From NCBI GenBank assembly GCA_003152995.1, contig PMBR01000089.1, forward strand, positions 45,893 to 109,892: a DNA stretch of 64,000 bases, in the 5' to 3' direction. The translations under genes and the position numbers were made by a program. Shown here piece after piece: positions 47,862-58,129 of this stretch (position 1 is its first letter; every line of letters starts with the position of its first letter). Below the pieces are notes generated by a model that did no database searches, had not been told where the DNA came from, and worked only from the letters and a program-made list of their open reading frames with translations. This stretch comes from Chloroflexota bacterium (GTDB lineage: Bacteria > Chloroflexota > Limnocylindria > Limnocylindrales > CSP1-4).

Positions 47862-47928
47862 TGTTATCGTTACCAGGGCCGTGTTATCGATACCACGGCT
47901 CGCGTCGCCGCCTATGTTATCGTTAACA
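47862..47928. promoter_or_regulatory. Three LacI-type operator-like 14-mers in the divergent ADH/lacI intergenic region
   Basis: The 14-mers are TGTTATCGTTACCA (47862-47875), TGTTATCGATACCA (47882-47895) and TGTTATCGTTAACA (47915-47928). Each is a near-palindrome around the CG centre typical of LacI/CcpA-family operators, and the region is AT-richer than its surroundings. Confidence 0.55.
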
Positions 47929-47981
47929 AGATTTCAGCGCATCACGATTTCGACACCCACCTGTAACGAAGATCTGAGGAC

Positions 47982-49052
47982 GTGAGCACTCTCCACGATG
48001 TCGCCAGGCTGGCCGGAGTCTCGAAGATGACCGTCTCGCGGGTCATCAACGACTCCCGGCACACCAGCCCGGAGACCCGAGAGCGCGTGAATCGGGCGAT
48101 CGCTGAGCTTGGGTACATGCCCAACGTGCTCGCGCGCCAACTGCGGTCCAAGACCACCAAGACCATCGCCCTGGTCCTGACCGACATCGCCAACCCCTTC
48201 TTCACCACCATCGCGCGCGGCGTCGAGGACGCGGCCCGGGCCCGCGGCTACGCGGTCATGTTCTGCAACACGGACGAGTCGGAGGCGGAGGAGCTCGAGT
48301 ACCTGCGTGTTCTCATCCAGCGCCAGGTGGATGGCGTGCTGCTGGTGCCGGCGACAGATTCGAGCGTGTCGCTCAAATTGCTTGCGGAGCATGGGCTGCC
48401 GGCCGTGGTTCTGGACCGGCGCGTTCGCTCGGCGGAGGTGGACGAGGTCCGCACGGACTCGGAATTCGGGGCCCTCCTGGCCGTCCGACACCTGATCGAG
48501 CTCGGCCATCGCCGTGTCGTCGTGCTCGCCGGCCCCGAGACTGTTTCGACGTCGACGGACCGGGTCGCGGGCTACCGACGCGCCCTAGAAGAGGCGGACA
48601 TAGGGCCGGAGAGCGAGCAGGTCATCTTCGGCGAGTACAACGAGGCCAGCGGATACGAGATGACCCGGCGGGCGCTGGTGGCTCGACCGCAGCCTACAGC
48701 GATCTTCGCGTGCAACAACTTCATTGCCATCGGCGCCATCCAGGCCCTTCGCGAGTCGGGAATGGTCGTACCCGCGGACATGTCGATTGCGGTCTTCGAC
48801 GACCTGCCACAGGGATGGGTTCTCGATCCATTCATGACCGTCGTTGCTCAGCCCGCGTACGAGATCGGCAGGCAGGCCGCCGAACTGATGCTCGAGCGAC
48901 TGGCGGGCCATGCGCCGGCCGACCCGCGCACCATCGTCCTGCCATGCCAGCTGATCACGCGCCGGTCGACCGCGCCGCCGCGTCGCGAAGCGACAATCGA
49001 GCCAGCAATCAAGGTTCCCGCCCAGTGGGCACAAACGGAGAGTCATGCATGA
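47982..49052 (+). CDS. LacI-family transcriptional regulator
   Basis: N-terminal HTH MSTLHDVARLAGVSKMTVSRVIN plus the sugar-binding effector domain. Confidence 0.9.
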   Translation: MSTLHDVARLAGVSKMTVSRVINDSRHTSPETRERVNRAIAELGYMPNVLARQLRSKTTKTIALVLTDIANPFFTTIARGVEDAARARGYAVMFCNTDESEAEELEYLRVLIQRQVDGVLLVPATDSSVSLKLLAEHGLPAVVLDRRVRSAEVDEVRTDSEFGALLAVRHLIELGHRRVVVLAGPETVSTSTDRVAGYRRALEEADIGPESEQVIFGEYNEASGYEMTRRALVARPQPTAIFACNNFIAIGAIQALRESGMVVPADMSIAVFDDLPQGWVLDPFMTVVAQPAYEIGRQAAELMLERLAGHAPADPRTIVLPCQLITRRSTAPPRREATIEPAIKVPAQWAQTESHA

Positions 49053-50092
49053 GCCAGGTACAGCCCGGATCGTTCAGCATCGCCGATGACGGGGTCGACC
49101 CCCGCCAGGTTCCCCAGCGAACGCTGTGGACCGGCGAGAAGATGCCGGCCATGGGGCTCGGGACCTTCGGGTCGGACCGCTTCTCGGCCGAGGACGTCGC
49201 CAAGGCCGTGATCGGCGCCGCCGAGGTCGGCTACCGGCATTTCGACTGCGCCAAGGTGTACGGCAACGAGCACTACATCGGTGCCTCGCTCGAGACGATC
49301 GTGGCCGGTGGGATCCCCCGCGAAGAGCTGTGGGTTACCTCCAAGCTCTGGAACGACAAGCACGCCCCGGCGGACGTGATCCCGACGTTCATGGAGTCAT
49401 TGCGGGACCTGCGCCTCGATTACCTCGATCTGTACCTGATCCACTGGCCCTTCCCGAACCACCATGCGCCGGGCGTGGACGTGACCTCGCGCTCCCACGA
49501 TGCAAAGCCGTACATCCATGAAGAGTTCATGGCCACGTGGCGCGAGCTCGAGAAGCTCGTAGATCAGGGCCTCGTGCGGCACATCGGCACCTCGAACATG
49601 ACGATCGCCAAGCTGAAGCTGCTCCTCCGCGATGCCCGCATCAAGCCCGCCTGCAACGAGATGGAACTCCATCCGTGCTTCCAGCAGCCCGAGCTCTTCA
49701 AGTTCGTGATGGACAACGGCATCGTGCCCATCGGTTTTGCGCCGATCGGCTCGCCGACTCGCCCGGAACGCGACCGAACCGCCGAAGACGCCGTCGACAT
49801 CCAGGAGCCGGCCATCCAGGCAGTCGCCAAGCGGCTCGGCGTCCACCCGGCCACCGTCTGCGTGAAGTGGGCCGTTCAGCGCGGTCAGGTGCCGATCCCA
49901 ATGTCGATCTACCGCAACGAGTACCTGAGCAACCTCCGCTCCACGGTCACCGATCCCCTCACCGACGACGAGATGGCTGCGATCGCGGAGTGCGACCGCA
50001 ACAGCCGCCTCATCAAGGGCCAGGTCTTCCTCTGGAAGGACGGCCAGACCTGGGAGGATCTCTGGGATCTCGACGGCAACATCGCCCAGTAA
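49049..50092 (+). CDS. Aldo/keto reductase
   Basis: AKR motifs (GLGTFG; [11 protein letters not shown]; LYLIHWP; catalytic D/Y/K/H context). ATGA overlap with the lacI stop. Confidence 0.85.
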   Translation: MSQVQPGSFSIADDGVDPRQVPQRTLWTGEKMPAMGLGTFGSDRFSAEDVAKAVIGAAEVGYRHFDCAKVYGNEHYIGASLETIVAGGIPREELWVTSKLWNDKHAPADVIPTFMESLRDLRLDYLDLYLIHWPFPNHHAPGVDVTSRSHDAKPYIHEEFMATWRELEKLVDQGLVRHIGTSNMTIAKLKLLLRDARIKPACNEMELHPCFQQPELFKFVMDNGIVPIGFAPIGSPTRPERDRTAEDAVDIQEPAIQAVAKRLGVHPATVCVKWAVQRGQVPIPMSIYRNEYLSNLRSTVTDPLTDDEMAAIAECDRNSRLIKGQVFLWKDGQTWEDLWDLDGNIAQ

Positions 50093-50184
50093 TTCCCAAG
50101 CCCAATGAACGACACGGTGCGCCGAGACTAGAATCCGCGAACCCGGCCGTTCGCCAGCTTCCCAGCTATCTAAGGAGGCGCACC

Positions 50185-51996
50185 GTGGTCAAGCCCGCAC
50201 TCTCGACGAACCGGTACGTCGGCGGCTGGCCGAAGATCGGAATCCGCCCGGCGATCGACGGCCGGCGGAACGGGGTCCGCGAATCGCTCGAAGGGCAGAC
50301 CATGGGCCTGGCGCGGGCCGCGGCCGAGTTCCTCAGCGCGAACCTGCGGTACCCGGACGGTCGGCCGGTGGAATGCGTCGTGCCCGATGACTGCATCGGT
50401 GGCGTCGTGGAAGCCGCCCGCGCGGCCGAACGCTTCCGACGGGAGGGCGTCGGAGTCTCGTTGACCGTGACCCCGTGCTGGTGCTACGGATCCGAAACGA
50501 TGGATATGGATCCCCTGACGCCCAAGGCGGTGTGGGGATTCAACGGAACCGAGCGCCCTGGCGCGGTGTACCTCGCCGCCGTCCTGGCCGGCCATGCGCA
50601 GAAGGGGCTCCCGGCCTTCGGCATCTACGGCCGCGACGTGCAGGATGCCGGCGACGGCGCCATCCCGGGCGACGTGCAGGAGAAGCTGCTCCGCTTCGCT
50701 CGGGCCGGCCTGGCCGCGGCGATCATGCGCGGCAAGTCATACCTCTCCCTCGGCGGGGTCTCGATGGGCATCGCCGGCTCGATCGTCGACCAGGGCTTCT
50801 TCGAGCGCTACCTCGGCATGCGCGTCGAGTCGGTGGACATGAGCGAGATCACGCGGCGGATCGAGGAAGGCATCTTCGATCCCGCCGAGTTCGCCCGGGC
50901 CCACAAGTGGGTACGCGCCAATTGCCACGAGGGCACGGACCGCAATACCCCAGACCAGACACGAAGCCGCCAGCAGAAGGACCGCGACTGGGAAACGGTC
51001 GTGAAGATGTTCCTCATTGCGCGTGACCTGCTTGTCGGCAATGCCCGTCTCGCCGAACTCGGATTTGGCGAGGAGGCGATGGGCCACAACGCAATCCTCG
51101 GCGGCTTCCAGGGCCAGCGCCACTGGACGGACCACTCCCCCAACGGCGACTTCATGGAGGCATTCCTGAACTCGTCCTTTGACTGGGATGGCGTCCGAGC
51201 GCCGTACGTCTTCGCCACCGAGAACGACAGCCTCAACGGCGCGTCGATGCTCTTCGGCTACCTGCTTACGAATACGGCCCAGGTTTTCGCCGACGTGCGG
51301 ACCTACTGGAGCCCGGACGCGGTGCGGCGGGTGACCGGCCATACGCTCGCGGGCCGAGCCTCGGGTGGTGTCATCCACTTGATCAACTCCGGAGCGGCCA
51401 GCATGGACGCTACCGGCGGATCGCAGCGCGACGGCGCCCCGGCGATGAAACCCTTCTGGGAGATCGGCGAGGACGAGGCCAGGCGCAGCCTCGAGGCCAC
51501 GACATGGATGCCGGCCGTGACCGGCTACTTCCGTGGCGGCGGATTCTCTTCGCTCTTCACTTCGCCCGGGGGCATGCCGGTGACGATGGCCCGCATCAAC
51601 CTCGTCCACGGCATCGGCCCGGTCCTCCAGCTGGCCGAGGGCTGGACGGTGGATTTGCCGCCCGAAGTGCACAGCACTCTGGACCTGCGCACGGACCCGA
51701 CGTGGCCGACTCAATGGTTCGCGCCGACTCTCACAGGGAGTGGCGCGTTCAAGGACGTGTACAGCGTTATGGCCAACTGGGGCGCCAATCACTGCGCCAT
51801 GAGCTACGGGCACATCGGCGAGGATCTGATCAGCCTGGCCGCCCTGCTCCGCATTCCGGTCAGCATGCACAACGTGGCGGCCGAGAAACTCTTCCGCCCG
51901 AGCGTCTGGAATACTCTCGGAACGGCCGATCCGGAAGGCGCCGACTACCGGGCCTGCGCGAATTTCGGGCCGCTGTACGGTCGGAGCGGCGTCTGA
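50185..51996 (+). CDS. fucI: L-fucose isomerase
   Basis: Extensive identity by eye to E. coli FucI ([25 protein letters not shown]; [17 protein letters not shown]; [10 protein letters not shown]; [10 protein letters not shown]; VMANWGANH). AAGGAGG RBS before GTG 50185; the six-frame ORF opens at 49537 inside the AKR gene. Confidence 0.92.
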   Translation: MVKPALSTNRYVGGWPKIGIRPAIDGRRNGVRESLEGQTMGLARAAAEFLSANLRYPDGRPVECVVPDDCIGGVVEAARAAERFRREGVGVSLTVTPCWCYGSETMDMDPLTPKAVWGFNGTERPGAVYLAAVLAGHAQKGLPAFGIYGRDVQDAGDGAIPGDVQEKLLRFARAGLAAAIMRGKSYLSLGGVSMGIAGSIVDQGFFERYLGMRVESVDMSEITRRIEEGIFDPAEFARAHKWVRANCHEGTDRNTPDQTRSRQQKDRDWETVVKMFLIARDLLVGNARLAELGFGEEAMGHNAILGGFQGQRHWTDHSPNGDFMEAFLNSSFDWDGVRAPYVFATENDSLNGASMLFGYLLTNTAQVFADVRTYWSPDAVRRVTGHTLAGRASGGVIHLINSGAASMDATGGSQRDGAPAMKPFWEIGEDEARRSLEATTWMPAVTGYFRGGGFSSLFTSPGGMPVTMARINLVHGIGPVLQLAEGWTVDLPPEVHSTLDLRTDPTWPTQWFAPTLTGSGAFKDVYSVMANWGANHCAMSYGHIGEDLISLAALLRIPVSMHNVAAEKLFRPSVWNTLGTADPEGADYRACANFGPLYGRSGV

Positions 51997-52026
51997 AGCG
52001 TCCACCTCCGGGCGAGTTCGGCCGCG

Positions 52027-53112
52027 TCAGACGCAGTTCGCCGAACCGGAGTCCTGGAAGGTGTAGCTCGGGGCCGGTACGAAGCTCCAGCTATAGCTCG
52101 TCGGCCTCAGGGTCATCTGCATGACGCCGAACGAGGTGTCGTTGCGGACAACCTCGCCGGTGAGCGGTGCCTTCACGAAGCCGTAGTGGTTCTTGCCGCC
52201 GGTTCCCACGACGAACTCGGTGACGCCGCTGGGATCGGGTTGGCCGGCCGCATTCAGCGGCACGAACCGCTCGTAGTCGTGGTTGTGTCCGCTCAGGACG
52301 ACGCTCACATGCGCGGCCACGAGGTCGGCCCAGATGTCGTTCATCTGAGTCGCGTCCAGGTGCTCCCCGGACGACCAGCGGGGTTCGTGCCAGTAGACGA
52401 GCGTGCACTTCGAGGGATGGGCGGCGAGGTCGGCCAGGAGCCAGCGCTCCTGCTGCGAGCCCGCCTGGCAGCCGCCGACGAAATGGCACTCCGAATCGAG
52501 TGTGATCAAATGCCAGGCACCCAGATTGAAGCTGTAGTAGGCCGGGACTCCGAAGTATCCGAAGTAGCCTGAGGCCCCCGATGTCAGGTACTCGTGGTTG
52601 CCGATCGCCGGGTACATGATCGAGCGGTACTTGCCCCACGTAGGACCGAACACGGTCTGGAAGGCAGCGAGAGTGCCGTTCTCGTACTGATTGTCGCCGA
52701 GCGTCAGGACGGCGGTGGGGTCCAGCTGGCCGATGAGGTTCGCGGTGGCTGCCTGGTCGCAGTCCTGCGGCGGGGCAATCTTGCTGGCCGGATCGCAGGC
52801 GATGTCGCCCGCGGCGACGATCGTGACCACCGCTGATGGCGAGGATGGAATCTGACTCGGGCCGAAGAAGGTCGGGCCGGGCGTGGGGCCTGAACCGGTC
52901 GGCCCGGTACTCGCGGGATCCGTCGGCGACACGGCGGCGGGCGAGGCGGTCACCCCCAGGATCGCGCTCATTGGCGAGGGGCTGCCCGGCTGCGTCGTGG
53001 GGTTGAGCGACGGCGCGGTGCTGGAGCAGGCACACAGGAAGACAACGAGGACACCGGCGAGGCCGATCCTGGCGCTTGTGCGACGAATGGGAGCGTAAGC
53101 GGCGGGGGTCAT
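52027..53112 (-). CDS. Calcineurin-like metallophosphoesterase, secreted lipoprotein
   Basis: Phosphoesterase motifs (GDIACD; GDNQY; GNHEY; GHNHDYER). AGGAGG lies 7 nt upstream of ATG (complement 53112), followed by lipobox FLCACSS. The 210-aa N-terminal extension in the track is Arg/Pro junk. Confidence 0.8.
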   Translation of the reverse strand: MTPAAYAPIRRTSARIGLAGVLVVFLCACSSTAPSLNPTTQPGSPSPMSAILGVTASPAAVSPTDPASTGPTGSGPTPGPTFFGPSQIPSSPSAVVTIVAAGDIACDPASKIAPPQDCDQAATANLIGQLDPTAVLTLGDNQYENGTLAAFQTVFGPTWGKYRSIMYPAIGNHEYLTSGASGYFGYFGVPAYYSFNLGAWHLITLDSECHFVGGCQAGSQQERWLLADLAAHPSKCTLVYWHEPRWSSGEHLDATQMNDIWADLVAAHVSVVLSGHNHDYERFVPLNAAGQPDPSGVTEFVVGTGGKNHYGFVKAPLTGEVVRNDTSFGVMQMTLRPTSYSWSFVPAPSYTFQDSGSANCV

Positions 53113-53415
53113 CAAGGCCTCCTGAACGGACGGGTCCGAAACCGAACCGGGGCCTTGAACGCCCGCGGCAGGCCCGATCGACCCGGGCGTTTGCGCAGTA
53201 TCGACCGACCAGAGTCGGCTGACCGACCCCATGCGGGCCGTTCTGTCTGTCGAGTCGGCCGGCCCACCTGAGAAGACGCGGATTGTAGAAGCGGCCGGCC
53301 ACCGCCCGACGCTTCGGCTCAAACTGGCCCGCCAGTCGCTCCGGGTCGGAGCAGCCCGCGGACGCCGTGCCACCCTGCGCATCGAGCCTCGAGCCGACGC
53401 GGGCAGGGTTGGCCG

Positions 53416-53560
53416 GCCGAAGCGGCGGGCGGGCGGTCCGGTGGGCGGCGGGCGGCGGGCTGGTGGCGGCGGGCGGTGGGCCGCGTGCGGCGGGCGGCGG
53501 GCGGTGGGCTGGTGGCGGCGGGCCGCGGCTGGCGGGGGGTACGTGGCGCCGACGAAGCCA
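53416..53560 (+). repeat. G-rich imperfect tandem repeat (GGCGGGCGGTGGGCTGGTGGCGGCGGGC-like units), intergenic
   Basis: Direct inspection shows many GGG/GGGG runs on the plus strand and two longer, nearly identical units (GGCGGGCGGCGGGC..GGTGGCGGCGGGC). Located between the divergent phosphoesterase and MFS genes. Confidence 0.6.
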
Positions 53561-53683
53561 TCGGGCTCGGGACGATCGGCGTCACAGGCGTCGAGTCTTC
53601 GCGCAATCCATAATTGCCCTTCATGGGACGACCATCCTGAGCGGCAGTCGACGACGGCCCTGGCGACCCCGGCGGGTCGCGAG

Positions 53684-54967
53684 GTGGCCGTGACGGCCGC
53701 CACGCCGAATCGCGCCGCGGAAGGCACGCCCTGGACGCTGCGCGCCATCTACATAGCCATCGGTCTATCTACGGCTTCGGTCGCTCCGTTCGTGCCCGTC
53801 ATCCTCAAGGGGCGAGGGCTGGACTCGGCCACGATCGGACTCGTGGCGGCCCTCGGGGCGCTCGCTGCGACGCTGGTCGTTCCCGCCTGGGGCCACCTCG
53901 CGGACGCGATCGTGGGGCGCGCCCGGGCCTTTCGGATCGGTCTCGTCATCTCCGCATTCGTTGCGGCCGGTCTGCTGTTCCACCTGCCGCTGGTCGTCGT
54001 CGCCGCGATGTTCGCCTCCTTCACGGTGTTCGCGAGCCTGTTCATCGGACTGGGCGATGCGCTGGCCGTCGTCGACCTGCCGGCGCCGGAGCGACAGTAC
54101 GGCGCCTTGCGCGCGCACGCGAGCCTGTCGTTCACCGTCGGAATCATCGTGGTCGGCTTCCTCTATAGCTGGGCCGGATACGGCGCGGCGCCGGCGGTCT
54201 TTCTGGTTTGGGTGGGCGCGCTGTTGCTCCTCGTCGGCAGAATCCCCGACCGAACTGCGCATTCGAAGGCCCGGACCGGCGCCCACGAGTCCGGGCGCAA
54301 AGGGCGAAGTCGCTTTGGATCGCTGGGCCTCGCATTCGCCGCCCAGCCCAGGCTGCGGGTCCTGCTGGCCGTCTTCGCCTGTGCGTTCGTCGGGGTCCAG
54401 GGGGCGCTGACTTTCGTCGGGATTCGCATCGTCGAGCTCGGCGGACAGCCATCCGATGTCGCGCTTTCGTTCGGCGTGGCCGCAGTGGCCGAGATCCCCG
54501 GTCTCGTCGCCGCCGGTTGGCTGGGTCGGCGGATAGGGCTCCGCTGGCTGTTCGTGGCGTCGCTCGTCCTGTACGGTCTCTGCATCACGTCGTGGGGCAT
54601 CCTGCCCTATGCGGTGGCGATCAACGCCACCCGCGCCGTCACCGGTCTGTGCAACGGCGCGCTCATGGCAGCCCGCGTTCTCATGGTGCCGCGGCTTCTG
54701 CCGCAGTCGTTGCAGGCAACCGGGCAGGTGCTTTTCCAGGCGGCGACGCTCGGCTTTGGAGCGGTCCTGGGCAGCATGGTCGGCGGCGTGTTCTACGACG
54801 CGTTCGGGCCGAGATCCTTCTTCCTGGTCGCGGGCGGCGTGGCGATCGCCGGCGGGATCGCCTCCTGGTTCGTCCTCGCCGGTCCGGTCGGGGCGCGATT
54901 GACGGGTCGGGCCCCGGGTCCATTCGAACTGAGCGACCCACCGGCGCCCGACCTGGCCGCAGAGTGA
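53684..54967 (+). CDS. MFS transporter
   Basis: 12-TM profile with an MFS-like loop motif (GHLADAIVGRARAFR). GTG start approximate (53684 or 53690); the upstream part of the ORF is encoded by the G-rich repeat and rejected. Confidence 0.7.
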   Translation: MAVTAATPNRAAEGTPWTLRAIYIAIGLSTASVAPFVPVILKGRGLDSATIGLVAALGALAATLVVPAWGHLADAIVGRARAFRIGLVISAFVAAGLLFHLPLVVVAAMFASFTVFASLFIGLGDALAVVDLPAPERQYGALRAHASLSFTVGIIVVGFLYSWAGYGAAPAVFLVWVGALLLLVGRIPDRTAHSKARTGAHESGRKGRSRFGSLGLAFAAQPRLRVLLAVFACAFVGVQGALTFVGIRIVELGGQPSDVALSFGVAAVAEIPGLVAAGWLGRRIGLRWLFVASLVLYGLCITSWGILPYAVAINATRAVTGLCNGALMAARVLMVPRLLPQSLQATGQVLFQAATLGFGAVLGSMVGGVFYDAFGPRSFFLVAGGVAIAGGIASWFVLAGPVGARLTGRAPGPFELSDPPAPDLAAE

Positions 54968-55060
54968 GCCAGCGGGCCGTCCGGCCCAAGCCGTCGCCGG
55001 CGCGGCGGTAGACTCGGTTGTGGGCGCAATGATTCGCAGATCCGCCCGGACGAGGCTCCA

Positions 55061-55444
55061 ATGGACGATTCCATCCGCAGCGCCCTTGGGCACAGCGGAG
55101 TCATCGATATCACGACGACCGGCCGCCGCAGCGGCGAGCCTCGCCGGATCGAGATCGTGTTCCACGTGATCGACGGGCGCATCTTCATCAGCGGCATGCC
55201 CAGGGCGGACCGGAAGCGAAGCTGGCTCATCAACCTCGAGGCCGACCCGAAGTTCACGTTCCACCTGAAGCGCGGGGCCAGGGCCGATCTCCCGGCCACC
55301 GCCCGGGTCATTTCCGACGAAGCCGAACGCCGGGCCATCCTGCCGCAGATCGCTCGCGCCTGGAACCGAACGGACGTCGAGGCCATGGTCGCCCACAGCC
55401 CATTGATCGAAGTCACGATCGAGGGGCTCGACGGCGGGTCATAG
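55061..55444 (+). CDS. Deazaflavin (F420)-dependent nitroreductase family protein (Ddn/PNPOx-like split-barrel)
   Basis: 127-aa protein with the characteristic IDITTTGRRSGEPRRIEIVFHVIDGRIFISG ... WLINLEADP pattern of the F420H2-dependent Ddn family. Confidence 0.7.
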   Translation: MDDSIRSALGHSGVIDITTTGRRSGEPRRIEIVFHVIDGRIFISGMPRADRKRSWLINLEADPKFTFHLKRGARADLPATARVISDEAERRAILPQIARAWNRTDVEAMVAHSPLIEVTIEGLDGGS

Positions 55445-55498
55445 GCCGAACCGGGGCGGCCGGCCGCCGAATCCGCACATCGAGTAGGGTTTGCGGTC

Positions 55499-56938
55499 AT
55501 GGAACGCAAGTGGCTCGTCCTGACCAGCGTGTCGCTGGGCTCGCTCATGGCGACCCTCGACGGCAGCATCGTCAACATCGCGCTGCCGGCGATGCAGACC
55601 GACTTTGGCATAGATCTGACGACGGTCGAGTGGGTCGTCGTCGCCTACCTGCTGGTCGTCGGCAGCCTGTTGCTGCCCTTCGGCCGGCTCGGCGAGGTCC
55701 TGACCTTCAAGCGCGTCTACCTGGTCGGGTTCGCGATCTTCACGCTGGCGAGCGTATGTTGCGGAGCTTCCCCAAGCGCCGCGACGCTGGTGGCGTTCCG
55801 TATCGTCCAGGGCATCGGGGCCGCCATGCTCATGGCCATGGGCCCCGCGATCGTGGCCCACACGTTCCACGACCGTGAGCGCGGACGCGCCCTGGGCCTC
55901 AACGGCGTCAGCGTCGCGATCGGCCTCAGCCTCGGCCCGGCACTCGGCGGAATACTGACCCAGGTCGCGACCTGGCGGGCGATCTTCCTCATCAACGCGC
56001 CGATCGGGTTGCTGGCAATTCTCTGGGCGGCCCGCGTGCTCCCGTCCGAAGCGCCGGGCAAGGATCAGTCGTTCGATGTCAAGGGAGCCACGCTCTCCGG
56101 CGTCGCCCTGTTCGCACTCTTGCTGGCACTCAGCGACGGTCAGGAGTGGGGCTGGACGAGCCCGGCGATCGTCGGTTTGGTCGTCGCCTTCATCGTCCTT
56201 GGTGGCGCCTTCCTCATCACCGAACGCCGCGCGATCCAGCCGATGATCGATCTTGCGCTCTTCCGTATCCGGCCCTTCTCGGCCGGCCTGGCCAGCGTCG
56301 TGGTGGCATTCGCCGGGTTGTTCACCGCGACCTTCCTGCTGCCCTTCCTGCTGGAGCAGGGACGCGGTTTCTCGCCGATCGAGGCCGGCCTGCTGCTCAC
56401 TCCAGTCCCGATCACGATGGCCCTGGTGGCGCCCCTCAGCGGTGTAGCCTCCGACCACTTCGGTCCGCGCGTTCTGGCGAGCGCCGGGATGGGGTTCATG
56501 GTCCTGGGCCTGCTGAGCCTGACCCAGCTGCCGTTGGACTTCGGGCTGCCGGACCTGATCTGGCGGCTCGTCCTGCTGGGCATCGGTCAGGGCATGTTCA
56601 TGAGCCCCAACAGCAGCGCGGTGCTCGGCTCCGTGCCGCGGCCGCGAATCGGGACCGCGTCCGGGACGCTGGCCCAGATGCGGGTCAACGGCCAGGCCGT
56701 GGGGATCGCGTTGAGCGGGGCGATCGTGGCGACGCGGCTGCCGGTCCACCTGGCGGAGTTGGGAGGCGGCGCACCCGCCGCCGCGGCGCACAGCGCGGCG
56801 CTGGCCGGGGCGATCCACGACGCATTCGCGGTGGCCGCGGTCGTCTGTTGCGTCGGAATCGTCACCAGCCTGATACGAGGGTCGAGCCGGCCCGGGCATG
56901 CGCCGACCATGGCCGCCTCGACCCCCGTGCGGCAGTAG
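55499..56938 (+). CDS. MFS transporter, DHA2 (14-TM drug:H+ antiporter) family
   Basis: N-terminal LGSLMATLDGSIVNIALPAMQTDFG and FRIVQGIGAA motifs typical of EmrB/QacA-like DHA2 transporters; 479 aa. Confidence 0.8.
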   Translation: MERKWLVLTSVSLGSLMATLDGSIVNIALPAMQTDFGIDLTTVEWVVVAYLLVVGSLLLPFGRLGEVLTFKRVYLVGFAIFTLASVCCGASPSAATLVAFRIVQGIGAAMLMAMGPAIVAHTFHDRERGRALGLNGVSVAIGLSLGPALGGILTQVATWRAIFLINAPIGLLAILWAARVLPSEAPGKDQSFDVKGATLSGVALFALLLALSDGQEWGWTSPAIVGLVVAFIVLGGAFLITERRAIQPMIDLALFRIRPFSAGLASVVVAFAGLFTATFLLPFLLEQGRGFSPIEAGLLLTPVPITMALVAPLSGVASDHFGPRVLASAGMGFMVLGLLSLTQLPLDFGLPDLIWRLVLLGIGQGMFMSPNSSAVLGSVPRPRIGTASGTLAQMRVNGQAVGIALSGAIVATRLPVHLAELGGGAPAAAAHSAALAGAIHDAFAVAAVVCCVGIVTSLIRGSSRPGHAPTMAASTPVRQ

Positions 56939-56951
56939 ACTTCGATCGATC

Positions 56952-57854
56952 ATGAGCCTGTCCAGACTCCACGGCATCGATCCCGGTCGCGTCGGCGTGT
57001 TTGCCGGTCCGCTCAGTGGCCAGCCCGCCGCAATCCAGCGCGAGTTCGCACGTGAGATGGAGCGGCTCGGCTACGGCACGATCTGGTACGGGGAGTCGCT
57101 CGGGCGAGAGGCGTTCGCGCAGGGCGCCATCTACCTTGCGGCCACCGAGCGTCTGGTCGTCGCCAGCGGCATAGCCAACATCTGGGCCCGAGACGCGGCG
57201 GCCATGGCCAACGGCGGGCGGACCCTCGCCGAAGCGTGGCCCGGTCGATTCATCCTCGGCGTCGGCGTCAGCCACGCCCCACTGGTCGAGATGCGCGGCC
57301 ACGACTACGAGCGGCCCTATACGGCGATGGCCGAATACCTCGACGCGATGGACGCGGCGCCCTGGCGCGGCCCCGAGGTGGCGCTGCCGCCCGTCGTTCT
57401 GGCGGCCCTTGGGCCCAAGATGGTCGGCCTCGCCGACGAACGCGCGGCCGGCGCATACACGTACTTCAGCACTACGGCCCACGTTCGGGAGGTCAGGCGG
57501 ATCTTCGGTCCGAAGCCATTTCTGGCAGCGGACTTGCCGGTGGTCCTGGCCGGCGATCTGGCTTCCGCACGAACCATCGGCGATCGCCATCTCGGCTCCT
57601 ATCTTGGCTCCGCCAACTATCGCAACAACCTGCTGCGGATCGGCTGGTCTGAGGCCGATCTGGAAAAGCCCGGTTCGGACGCGTTGTTCGAGGCCATCGT
57701 GGCCTGGGGCGACGTCGGTCGAATAGCCGACAGGATGCATGAGCGTTTCAAGGCAGGCGCCGACCAGGTCGTCCTGAATCTCGTGGCCGCCGACCCATCC
57801 GCTCCGCCTCTGGCAGAACTGAGGCTTTTCGCCCCGCTCACTCAGGGCACGTAG
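56952..57854 (+). CDS. LLM-class (luciferase-like) F420-dependent oxidoreductase
   Basis: TIM-barrel LLM layout (GYGTIWYGESLGREAF ... RFILGVGVSH ... ) of the short (about 300 aa) F420-dependent subgroup. Confidence 0.65.
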   Translation: MSLSRLHGIDPGRVGVFAGPLSGQPAAIQREFAREMERLGYGTIWYGESLGREAFAQGAIYLAATERLVVASGIANIWARDAAAMANGGRTLAEAWPGRFILGVGVSHAPLVEMRGHDYERPYTAMAEYLDAMDAAPWRGPEVALPPVVLAALGPKMVGLADERAAGAYTYFSTTAHVREVRRIFGPKPFLAADLPVVLAGDLASARTIGDRHLGSYLGSANYRNNLLRIGWSEADLEKPGSDALFEAIVAWGDVGRIADRMHERFKAGADQVVLNLVAADPSAPPLAELRLFAPLTQGT

Positions 57855-58129
57855 CTCGAGCGGCGCGGGCCGAGATCGCGCGATCTGCCACTCCGATCTC
57901 CGGCCATCGGGCGACCCACGCGGGGAGACGGTCGACCCGCTCAGAGAGACAGTCGACCGCCGGGGGTGACTCCGGGTTGTGCCTGGGGCACGATTTGCGT
58001 GTGAGCGGCCGCAGGCTCCCGAGGCTTACCTTCCTCCCTCCTGGCCATGCGACCAATCGGAGTGTGCGGCGCTCACTCCGCGATGCCGTGAAGGTTTCGC
58101 GGCGTGGCAACTACAGCGAGGTCGGGAGA

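Noticed and set aside
50737-52005. 422-aa minus-strand ORF opposite fucI
   Set aside because: Antisense to a gene with near-identity to E. coli FucI over its whole length.
53113-53748. N-terminal 212 codons of the metallophosphoesterase ORF and the Pro-rich minus ORF 53319..53624
   Set aside because: Both are encoded by the G-rich tandem repeat and its complement, with composition dictated by the repeat. The real start at 53112 has AGGAGG plus a lipobox.
53765-56977. Minus-strand ORFs 53765..55396 and 55439..56977 (over 500 aa each)
   Set aside because: Antisense to the MFS, Ddn-like and DHA2 genes. Extreme Arg/Asp/Gly/Glu content.
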